A DNA stretch of 64,000 bases from an uncultured Collinsella sp. (lineage in GTDB: Bacteria > Actinomycetota > Coriobacteriia > Coriobacteriales > Coriobacteriaceae). A program made the position numbers and the translations under genes. Of the stretch, positions 10,779 through 18,608 are shown one piece after another; the first letter of the stretch is position 1; every line of letters starts with the position of its first letter. Location: positions 2,620 through 66,619 of the forward strand of contig URIA01000002.1 of the NCBI GenBank assembly GCA_900547765.1. The letters are read 5' to 3'. The notes under the pieces were generated by a model. That model did not search any database. It had not been told where the DNA came from and saw only the letters and a program-made list of their open reading frames with translations.

Positions 10779-12101
10779 TTAGTCGTCCTTGTCGTCTTTC
10801 ATGACAACGGTGGTCTCGGTGTGGCTGAAGGTGTCGTGCTTCTCGACCAGGTCGAGCTCGCCGCAGTACTCGTCGGCGTGGGTGGCCTCGTTGGCCGTTT
10901 TGAGCTGGCCTACCAGCAGCACGTCTCCGATGATTACGATGATCAGCGGCGCGACGATGTTGATGAGGATGCCCTCGATATCAAAGGTGAGGTAATCCGG
11001 ATCGAAGGCGTATTCGCCCATAAAGAGAATCTGGGAGAGGACAAATCCGATCACAAAGAACAGCAGCGAGGCGATAATGAGCTTGGGCTTGGAGCAGGGG
11101 AGCTCGCCGACCATACGGCCGGTTTGGCCGTTCATGGCAAACAGGTAGCTCTTGCCGTTCCACGAGGTCGAGAGCATCCAGACGGGGAACAAGGCGTAGT
11201 CGCTGTCTTCCCAGGTGTAGTCGAGCTGCTTGCTCTCGACCGAGGCATCGTCGTACTCATCGATAACGGTCTCGCGCAGGGCCGAGATCGTGCTTTCTTC
11301 CATACGGCGCTCGGCACGGGCCTTGCAAGTTTCGCAGTCCTCATCGTAACGGTTGGCGATGTAGCCGGGCATGTAGGCGACCGAGAACGGGCGCAGCGCG
11401 TCGTAGTCAAACGGTTCGATGGCGTCCATGTGGCCGTCGGGCATCTTGGACGATCCGTCGACGGGCACGCGCTCAAACGAGATATTGCCCTTACGGTAGG
11501 CATCGTAGTGGTCGGTGGTCGTGACGGTGCGGTCGGATTCCTCGGTCACGGTCTCGTTGGTTGCGTCAAAGTGCACTTCGCCGTCCACGCGGGCGCCGTA
11601 GAGCCAAAACGGCACGTAGACGCCTTGGACTTCGTCGATGTGGTTGCCGGTGACAAAGCTCTTGGGCAGCAGGATCTTGCCCTTGTAGTGCTCCTTGAGC
11701 GCGGCCAAGACATCGTCGCGTCCGAGTTTAAACGGAATCACCAGGTCGGGCGAGAAGTCGCCAGAGAGCTGGCCGGGCGCCACGGCGGAGTTGCCGCAGT
11801 ACGGGCAGGTGGAGACGGCGACGGTGCCGTCCGAGATCAGCTCGGCGCCACACGACGAGCAGATATAGCCGGCGTTTTGGGCCAGTTCCTGCACCGCATC
11901 GTCGGATGCGGGCTTGGATGTTGCGGCCGCCGCATCGGCTTTGGCATCTGCCTTGTCCTGGCGCTCGCGATAGAGAGCCTCGACCTCTTCGACTTCAAAG
12001 CGCGAGTCGCAGTAGTCACAGACGAGCTTTTGCTCGGCGCTGGCAAAATGCAGCGGGCCGCCACACGCGGGGCACTGATAGTTAACGCTTTCGAAGGCCA
12101 T
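10779..12101 (-). CDS. Zinc-ribbon membrane protein (YdjG/YdjH-like partner of the SPFH protein)
   Basis: N-terminal CPACGG…CDYC and CSSCG…CPYCG ribbons; C-terminal two TM helices. RBS GGAAAGGA. Directly upstream of the SPFH gene. Confidence 0.65.
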   Translation of the reverse strand: MAFESVNYQCPACGGPLHFASAEQKLVCDYCDSRFEVEEVEALYRERQDKADAKADAAAATSKPASDDAVQELAQNAGYICSSCGAELISDGTVAVSTCPYCGNSAVAPGQLSGDFSPDLVIPFKLGRDDVLAALKEHYKGKILLPKSFVTGNHIDEVQGVYVPFWLYGARVDGEVHFDATNETVTEESDRTVTTTDHYDAYRKGNISFERVPVDGSSKMPDGHMDAIEPFDYDALRPFSVAYMPGYIANRYDEDCETCKARAERRMEESTISALRETVIDEYDDASVESKQLDYTWEDSDYALFPVWMLSTSWNGKSYLFAMNGQTGRMVGELPCSKPKLIIASLLFFVIGFVLSQILFMGEYAFDPDYLTFDIEGILINIVAPLIIVIIGDVLLVGQLKTANEATHADEYCGELDLVEKHDTFSHTETTVVMKDDKDD

Positions 12102-12125
12102 GATCGGTCCTTTCCGTGCCGAGGG

Positions 12126-12863
12126 CTATGCGCCGATGGCGCCGCCGCAGTATTCGCAGCGCCCACTGGCATCGGGAATGGTGGTGGCGCCGCAGAAGGG
12201 GCAGGTCACCGCGGTCTTGGGGGCCTTGGCGGCAACGACGCTATCGCGCGTCTCCTGACGCAGCTGCACCAGCGCGTCGCGGACTTCGGTTGCCTGACGC
12301 TTGGCCTCGCGGTACTCGATGGATCCGCGCTGCTCGATGGTGGAGTCGTTCACGCGCAGGTCGATCTCGGTAAAGTACGGCGTGTTGACGTGGATGGTCA
12401 GATTGAAGTCGTAATCCAGGTCGTAGCGCGGCGGGTCATAACTCTCACGCTCGCCGTCCTTGGTCTCGCGATAGATCTCGGTGCGGTGCTCGTCGATATC
12501 CATATCGCAACCGAGCACCTGCGAGAACTCGATGATGTCGGGATTGGCGTCGCGCCAGCGGCTCTGCGAGGTGATGATCAGCAGGCCCGCGTCCTCATCG
12601 AGCATGATGTTGGTGCGCCCGGCCGAGAGTGTGCGCGTGGGGTTGAACGACGCCAAGCGCTCGGCATTGGCCTCGCGGTAGGCGAGCTGCTCGCGGATAT
12701 CGTCCGCGGTGCTGGAGCGATAGCCGTGAAAGTAGGGGGAGAGCTTGCCGGCGCACTCTTTGCACAGGTAGCCTTCATTGATTTTTGTCTTACCTAGAAG
12801 TCCCAGTTCGGTACCGCAAATCGCGCACTCTTTCTTCTCGAACATCTTGTCAAAGAAGCCCAT
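12126..12863 (-). CDS. Zinc-ribbon protein (DUF4428-like)
   Basis: N-terminal MGFFDK…CAICG…YLCKECAGKLSP; C-terminal CPFCG…CEYCGG. RBS GGGAGG. First gene of a three-gene operon with the SPFH protein. Confidence 0.6.
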   Translation of the reverse strand: MGFFDKMFEKKECAICGTELGLLGKTKINEGYLCKECAGKLSPYFHGYRSSTADDIREQLAYREANAERLASFNPTRTLSAGRTNIMLDEDAGLLIITSQSRWRDANPDIIEFSQVLGCDMDIDEHRTEIYRETKDGERESYDPPRYDLDYDFNLTIHVNTPYFTEIDLRVNDSTIEQRGSIEYREAKRQATEVRDALVQLRQETRDSVVAAKAPKTAVTCPFCGATTIPDASGRCEYCGGAIGA

Positions 12864-12982
12864 GGCTGCCTCCCATCAACAGGTAGCGTGTGTCACTTTT
12901 GATGATGGGGGAGTGTGCGATCCTTCGCGATACCCAGACGGCTCAAGGAGTCTCCACAACTGGGACACATGGCCCATTTTTT

Positions 12983-13017
12983 GACTAGTCGTTGGGGACG
13001 TTCTTAAACGACTAGTC
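12983..13017. repeat. Hairpin repeat with conserved loop GGGGACGTTCTTA, copy A (11-bp stem)
   Basis: GACTAGTCGTT-ggggacgttctta-AACGACTAGTC. Confidence 0.8.
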
Positions 13018-13035
13018 GCAGGGGACACTCTTCGG

Positions 13036-13066
13036 CCACTCATTGGGGACGTACTTAAATGAGTGG
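13036..13066. repeat. Hairpin repeat with conserved loop GGGGACGTACTTA, copy B (9-bp stem)
   Basis: CCACTCATT-ggggacgtactta-AATGAGTGG. Stem sequence differs from copy A by compensatory changes. Confidence 0.8.
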
Positions 13067-13250
13067 TAGTTGGAGACACTCCTGGCCGAGCTAGAGATCG
13101 CGCGCGCCCCTTCTGGGTCATGCGGCTCAAAATCGCGGCGTCATGCGGACGGCTGGGGTCGAATTTGCAACATTTCGAACTTGGCTTCGATATTGAGATT
13201 GGTTCTTTATTAAAATGGTGTTCCGGACAACAAAGCGGGTGGGGGTTACC

Positions 13251-14795
13251 ATGAGGGACCTGGGAGACACAACCGCATATTTGCGCCGGGGCATGCGGGA
13301 GATTCTGTGCCTAGCGCTGTTCTTCTTCACGTTTTTGGCGTGCGAGTATTTCTTTGATGCGCGCATGGCCGAGTTCGTGCCATCGAGTGAGGTCGTCATC
13401 TACGAGAGCATCGTTGTCGGCGCGAGCGTGATTGGCTTTTTCGTGCGCCCATTTCTGTACTATCGCCGTCCCCAGACGATCGATGCGACGAGCGATATTA
13501 CGGGCGTGCTGTTGGTATCGGCGTTGCTGCTGATGATTATGGCAGTGCGGTTTGAGGTAGTAATTGCCGGCGGCCTGGTGGCGTGCTGCGCCCTGGGCTA
13601 TTGCGGATCGACCGCCCATGCCAATCTTGCGCGGCGTTTTGCGCAGACGCCCTGCCTGGCGCGCGCCGTGGCGGTTTCCTATGCTGCGGGCATTTTGGTG
13701 CAGGTGCTCAACCATATGGTGATGCCTGCGGGCATTCCCCAGCAGTCTGTTCTCATTGCCTGTGCGATCGCGCTGGTGGGGCTGCTTCACGGTGCCCGCC
13801 GCGCTAAATTGCGTGATGAGCCTGCGCCCGAGTTCGAGGTCGGGATTGCCGAGCTATCGGTCGATGCGTCGGAGCGTGGCGCCAGGTGGCACGATGACCC
13901 CGAGGCAAAGGCGGCCTTTCAGGGCGCCGTGGTGCGTCTGACGGTGGCGACCGCTTGCCTCACCGGCGTGTTCGCGGCCCTCAATGCCGGCCTTACGACC
14001 TCGCATGCCGCTGGCGCTATCGATCTGGGCGACTGGCCGCGCTTGCTGCTGGTTGTGAGCGCCCTTGCCGCCGGCGTCCTGTATGACCTGCGTGGGCGTT
14101 CGTATATGAATATCATCATGACGTGCGCCGCCATGCTGTCCACGCTCTCGTTCTTTGTGCTTATCACCGATGGCAACGGTGGCAACACGCTTGCCGCCAC
14201 GATTATCTTTTACCTTGGCACGGGCTTTTTCGTGGTGTTCTTCACCGCGAAGTTCGCCGCGATTTCGACGTATGCCCGCTGGGCGTATCTGTGGCCGTGC
14301 ATGGGCCGTGTTATCAACAACGTTTGCTCGATACTCGTGACGGCTCCGGCGGTGGCGATTATCTCGAGTCAAAACGTGCTGGCGGCAGTGAGCGTCGTGC
14401 TCGTGCTGTTTGTCGGCATCGCGATTTCGCTGTTAGGGCAGTTTAGACAAGACGGTGAGGGCGAGGCGACGCACGGCGGGCTGGCGCTTGCCACCGACGA
14501 TCTTGGCGTGAGCTGTGAGCCCGGCCAGGCCGACACGGTGCCCCTGGAGGCGCCGGAACTTTCGTTTGACGATCGGATCGATGGCTTCGTTGCCGCCTTT
14601 GGGCTCACCAAGCGCGAGCGCGATGTTCTGGAGGCGCTGGTCGTTTCGGACGACAGCGTGCAGGACGTGGCGGCGGCACTCTTCCTTTCGCGCTCCACGC
14701 TCTATCGCCACATCGCTTCGATCAACAAAAAGACCGGTGCCTCCTCGCGCGTAGCCCTCATCAACTTCTTCTGGTCCTGGACACCCCAAGACTAG
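13251..14795 (+). CDS. Membrane-embedded LuxR-type HTH transcriptional regulator
   Basis: About 10 predicted TM helices followed by a C-terminal LuxR HTH (LTKRERDVLEALV…STLYRHIASINKKTG). Start uncertain: ATG 13251 preferred over 13215. Confidence 0.6.
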   Translation: MRDLGDTTAYLRRGMREILCLALFFFTFLACEYFFDARMAEFVPSSEVVIYESIVVGASVIGFFVRPFLYYRRPQTIDATSDITGVLLVSALLLMIMAVRFEVVIAGGLVACCALGYCGSTAHANLARRFAQTPCLARAVAVSYAAGILVQVLNHMVMPAGIPQQSVLIACAIALVGLLHGARRAKLRDEPAPEFEVGIAELSVDASERGARWHDDPEAKAAFQGAVVRLTVATACLTGVFAALNAGLTTSHAAGAIDLGDWPRLLLVVSALAAGVLYDLRGRSYMNIIMTCAAMLSTLSFFVLITDGNGGNTLAATIIFYLGTGFFVVFFTAKFAAISTYARWAYLWPCMGRVINNVCSILVTAPAVAIISSQNVLAAVSVVLVLFVGIAISLLGQFRQDGEGEATHGGLALATDDLGVSCEPGQADTVPLEAPELSFDDRIDGFVAAFGLTKRERDVLEALVVSDDSVQDVAAALFLSRSTLYRHIASINKKTGASSRVALINFFWSWTPQD

Positions 14796-14798
14796 CTA

Positions 14799-14835
14799 AC
14801 CACCACAAAGGGGACAGGCACCTTTGTGGTGGTTT
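14799..14835. repeat. REP-like hairpin repeat, copy b
   Basis: AACCACCACAAAGG-ggacaggcac-CCTTTGTGGTGGTT followed by TTTTT. Likely also a terminator. Confidence 0.85.
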
Positions 14836-14940
14836 TTTACCTGCAAAAATATGAATATGAGACATTTGTCACCTGCCGTTTTGGTGCTCAAAGGCATATG
14901 AATGTGATGCTGAGCAGAGCAGAACGGAGGGGGTGCACCT

Positions 14941-15390
14941 ATGGCGTCTCGGGGTTGCGCGTCTAATAAAATTGCGGGCGCGCTTATCGCCGTGGTGGTC
15001 TTTGCCGCGGCGGTGACACTCATGCGAGTTTACGTTGCCGGCGAACATGGCGCTCAGGGAAAGACTGCCGCGCAAGTGTCGCTCAACGATTGCGCTGCCG
15101 TTCCGGTGGCGGTCAAGCTTATCGAGGACGGGGAGGCGCGGACGGCCTATGAGACCGACGATGCCGAACTGGTCGCATCGACTTTTGCCGCGCTCGATGG
15201 CTGCACCGTGGGGGATGCGGTGGATGAGCGGACGAGCGATGCCGGCCGAACGCTCGTCTTTGTCTATACGGATGGCTCGGAGCAATCGGTAGAACTTGAG
15301 GGCAAAAACATCGTGCTCGATAAGACGGCGTACCGACTTAACGGTGCCGATGAGTTATGGCGGCAGCTTGCCGCGATCAAAAACAGCTAA
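14941..15390 (+). CDS. Hypothetical membrane-anchored protein
   Basis: RBS GGAGGG; N-terminal hydrophobic anchor. Confidence 0.5.
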   Translation: MASRGCASNKIAGALIAVVVFAAAVTLMRVYVAGEHGAQGKTAAQVSLNDCAAVPVAVKLIEDGEARTAYETDDAELVASTFAALDGCTVGDAVDERTSDAGRTLVFVYTDGSEQSVELEGKNIVLDKTAYRLNGADELWRQLAAIKNS

Positions 15391-15410
15391 CGAAATAAGG
15401 GGTGTACGGG

Positions 15411-16973
15411 ATGAGTGACTTGAGATTCTGTCCAGCGTGTGGGGCGCAGCTGCCTCGGGTCGCCGGCGTGACGGTGCGATTTTGCCCGGGGTGCGGCGTC
15501 CGACTTGAGGGCGTTGTGGGCTGCTCGGGCGCCGTGGGGGCTACAGATGGGGCGACTGCCGATGACGATGCGGACGAAGGCGGCGGCCCGAGTGTGGACG
15601 CGCCGGCCGATGCGTCGGTGGAGACTGCCGGTGTCGCGTCGTCGTCTCGTGACGCGGCCACGACGGATATGCCTCACATCGGTGACCTTGAGCTTCATGC
15701 CGCATGCGATACTTCCGGCGGCCAGGCACTCGCGCAGGTGGCGCTGCCGCGGGGCTGGCATATCGAAGAGGCGCATCTTGAGCGCAGCGGCAGTTTCGAC
15801 TGCCCGATTTCGGTTGGCGTGACGGCGGCGGGTCCGATGGGTGAGCGGATTGTGTACCGCTCCGAGCTCTGCTACGTGGATGCGGGCGCCGTTGCCAAGC
15901 GTATCCCCACGCAAACCGAACGCAAGGTGTTTGTGCACGTGGAGGCAGCTTGCGACGAGCTGGCTCAGGCCTGTGCAGCACGGCTGGGCGCGCGGGCAGA
16001 GGTTGTTGCCGAGCAACCGTACCCATCGAGCGCGGCGGTCGATATCGAGCGCGAGCGTGCCCGCGTAAAGCGCGAGGCGGCAAACGACTTTGCGATTCAG
16101 GGCTTTTCGATGGAGCCGAGTGATGTGGTCTATGAGTGCCGCATGCGTCGATATCGGCTCACGGGCGCCCCGGTGCCCACTGAGCTTGCGGTGGCGGCCA
16201 AAGTCGAGGGCTATATGTTTTCAATCGGCGGTGTCGCGGGTTCTATGGGCAAAGGTGTTGCCGCTGGGGTCGAGGCGCTGCTGGGCGCGGGCCTTTCGAG
16301 TGGACTGATCGGCGGTGTTTTGGGCAAGCGCCTGCGCGAGCGCCAGGCGGCGGCAGCGGCGGGACAGGGCGTCGCGCAAGAACAGCCCACGGGTCGAGGC
16401 GGTTGCCCGGACGGAGCGTCGTTCGAGCTGGGCGCGGCCGACCTGCTGCAGTGGCGTATCAGGGACAGCTTCTGTTTGGCTGCGCCAGAAGGTCGCCTGG
16501 ACGAGGCGGCCTCCACGGCGCTTGCATCAATGGCGTCGACTCTGCGGCTCAATCCGGCGATTGCACGCGAAGCGTCAGCTCAAAAGCAACAGATGGTGCT
16601 TGAGCAGCGCCAACGCACGCAGATGAACATTACCCAGCAGCAACAGCAGTTTGCAGCCTGGCAACAGATGCATGCCTCGCAACAGGCGGCGTTCGACAGC
16701 TACCAGCAGGCGTGGTTCGATCGCAGCGACCGTCAGCACGCCGCGAATATGGCTGCCAGCGCCGCCAATTTTTCCAGCGCGGGCGTGGGGACGGGCGCCG
16801 CCTCGTATTCCGATGCCATTCGCGGGGTCAACCATTACGCCAGACCCGACGGCACCGATGTCGAGGTCTCGGTGATGGCCGACCAGGCCTGGGTCAACGG
16901 TTCGGGCGATGTGATCGGTACACGCGATGGTTTTGAACCCGGTTTTGGCTGGACGGAGCTGCCTCGTCAATAG
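15411..16973 (+). CDS. Hypothetical zinc-ribbon protein with Gln-rich C-terminus
   Basis: N-terminal FCPACG…FCPGCG ribbon; RBS AAGGGGTG before ATG 15411. Confidence 0.5.
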   Translation: MSDLRFCPACGAQLPRVAGVTVRFCPGCGVRLEGVVGCSGAVGATDGATADDDADEGGGPSVDAPADASVETAGVASSSRDAATTDMPHIGDLELHAACDTSGGQALAQVALPRGWHIEEAHLERSGSFDCPISVGVTAAGPMGERIVYRSELCYVDAGAVAKRIPTQTERKVFVHVEAACDELAQACAARLGARAEVVAEQPYPSSAAVDIERERARVKREAANDFAIQGFSMEPSDVVYECRMRRYRLTGAPVPTELAVAAKVEGYMFSIGGVAGSMGKGVAAGVEALLGAGLSSGLIGGVLGKRLRERQAAAAAGQGVAQEQPTGRGGCPDGASFELGAADLLQWRIRDSFCLAAPEGRLDEAASTALASMASTLRLNPAIAREASAQKQQMVLEQRQRTQMNITQQQQQFAAWQQMHASQQAAFDSYQQAWFDRSDRQHAANMAASAANFSSAGVGTGAASYSDAIRGVNHYARPDGTDVEVSVMADQAWVNGSGDVIGTRDGFEPGFGWTELPRQ

Positions 16974-17046
16974 CGTGAGGCGGCTTATGTGTGAATCGAT
17001 GCCGGATGTGTTTCTCGGCATGGTGATAAAGAACGGGAAAGGAACA

Positions 17047-17805
17047 ATGATGAGGGAGACGGTACTTTCGCGCACGGTATTTGTCGCGGCGGCGGGAACG
17101 GCGCTGCTGACGCTTGTGGGGTGCGGCGGACAGCGGACGCAGGATGCGACGGGTTTTAACGACGACCGCCCGGTAAAGGACAAGATGGACGCGGGTGCGA
17201 CGTCGGGCGATTCCGGCGACGCGGACCGCGGCCCGGGCGCGGACAGCGGCTCGGCGGATGCGTTCGATACGTGGTCGGATGATTGCTGGGATGCGCACCG
17301 CAACATCAGCATCGCGGCGCTCCTCGAGCTTAAGGGCTGGCAGTTGCAGGAGTTTGCCTCGCAACAGGGCTATACCTGGCAAGACGCGCTCGAGATGTAC
17401 GAGGACGAGGCGGGACACGTGCTCAGCGTCTGCAATATCAGCAAGGACGGCGCGACCGAATGGCTCGGCGAGGACGAAATCGGAAAGCTCGACAAGGGCG
17501 GCACCGGAAGCACCGTGATGTTCACGCTGCAACTTTCGGGCTATTCGAGCTGCGAGGATGTTATCGCGGGCTTTTCCGTGCCGGTCGAGGACCGGGCGCA
17601 GATTACTTCGGGCTCATGGATCGCGTGCGTATACGGTTCCAACATGGCGCGGCACGTTGCCATGGTGAGCCCGATGGAAAACGGCGACTATCGCCTGGAC
17701 CTCATTACCGAGGAGGCCATCAAAACCGGCACGTTTACCCAGGGTGGCGGTGCCCCCACGATTAACGAGTTCTGGCAGGAAAAGACCGGACGCGCGCTCG
17801 GCTAA
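17047..17805 (+). CDS. Lipoprotein (hypothetical)
   Basis: RBS GGAAAGGA; signal peptide with lipobox LVGCGG. Confidence 0.6.
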   Translation: MMRETVLSRTVFVAAAGTALLTLVGCGGQRTQDATGFNDDRPVKDKMDAGATSGDSGDADRGPGADSGSADAFDTWSDDCWDAHRNISIAALLELKGWQLQEFASQQGYTWQDALEMYEDEAGHVLSVCNISKDGATEWLGEDEIGKLDKGGTGSTVMFTLQLSGYSSCEDVIAGFSVPVEDRAQITSGSWIACVYGSNMARHVAMVSPMENGDYRLDLITEEAIKTGTFTQGGGAPTINEFWQEKTGRALG

Positions 17806-17839
17806 GTGCGATGCGCCCAATATCATAGCGAGGGATAAC

Positions 17840-18526
17840 ATGAAGAACGAGATGACGATGAGCCGTGCGACCTTTGTGGCAGGCGCAGGTACGGCGGCTT
17901 GTGCACTGGCTGGCTGCTCGGGCGGATTGGGCGGCGCGGACGGCGCCAAGGCGGCGAGCACGGCGGACGCCGCCTGCGTGGATGACAATGCCAACGTGAC
18001 GGTCTATGCCTCCATCAACCTGAGGGGTGCCGATCTGGTGCGCCTGCTCAAGCATCAAAACTATGAGTGGCAAGGCGAGAGCGTGGGCTATGGCGCCGTC
18101 GATGATGCGGGATTTTTCGCTTTTACCTTTTCTGAGGTCTCGGACGATGTGGACGAACTTGCAAATAGCGCGATACCGCTTTCGGAATCCGAATACGAGG
18201 AGCTTGAACCGGGTGGCGGAGACGATAGCGTGGCGATCTTGCTTTCGGTGGCAGGTTATACGACGGGCGATCGCGCGCTTGCCGGTGCAATCGGCGATGC
18301 GGCGATGGTGCAGGAGAAGTGCACGATTGACGATTCCACATATTGGCTGGTCAAGGCACTCGACGGCAGTCGCTATGTGATTTCGGCCTACGATACCGAA
18401 GACGATGGCGACAGCGCGCATGACATCTATATCTATAGTGAGTCTTTTATTCGCACCGGTTATCTGAGCGGCGGCGACAAAATCGATATCGACGAGCTCT
18501 GGAGTCGCCTGACCAACGCCTCGTAG
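17840..18526 (+). CDS. Lipoprotein (hypothetical), distant paralog of the preceding gene
   Basis: RBS GAGGGA; lipobox LAGCSGG. Confidence 0.6.
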   Translation: MKNEMTMSRATFVAGAGTAACALAGCSGGLGGADGAKAASTADAACVDDNANVTVYASINLRGADLVRLLKHQNYEWQGESVGYGAVDDAGFFAFTFSEVSDDVDELANSAIPLSESEYEELEPGGGDDSVAILLSVAGYTTGDRALAGAIGDAAMVQEKCTIDDSTYWLVKALDGSRYVISAYDTEDDGDSAHDIYIYSESFIRTGYLSGGDKIDIDELWSRLTNAS

Positions 18527-18534
18527 CGCACCAA

Positions 18535-18572
18535 AACCACCACAAAGGGGACAGGCACCTTTGTGGTGGTTT
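18535..18572. repeat. REP-like hairpin repeat, copy c
   Basis: Identical core to copy b, followed by TTTTT. Lies between the convergent lipoprotein and mgtA genes. Confidence 0.85.
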
Positions 18573-18608
18573 TTGCCCTTGGGCTGTCTACTGTGGCGGC
18601 TCACCGTG

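Noticed and set aside
9399-12797. 1132-aa ORF on the plus strand
   Set aside because: Antisense to three well-supported minus-strand genes. Composition is extremely biased (Gly/Ala/Val/Leu/Asp/Arg), as expected for open frames on the antisense strand of high-GC DNA. No RBS or domain signatures.
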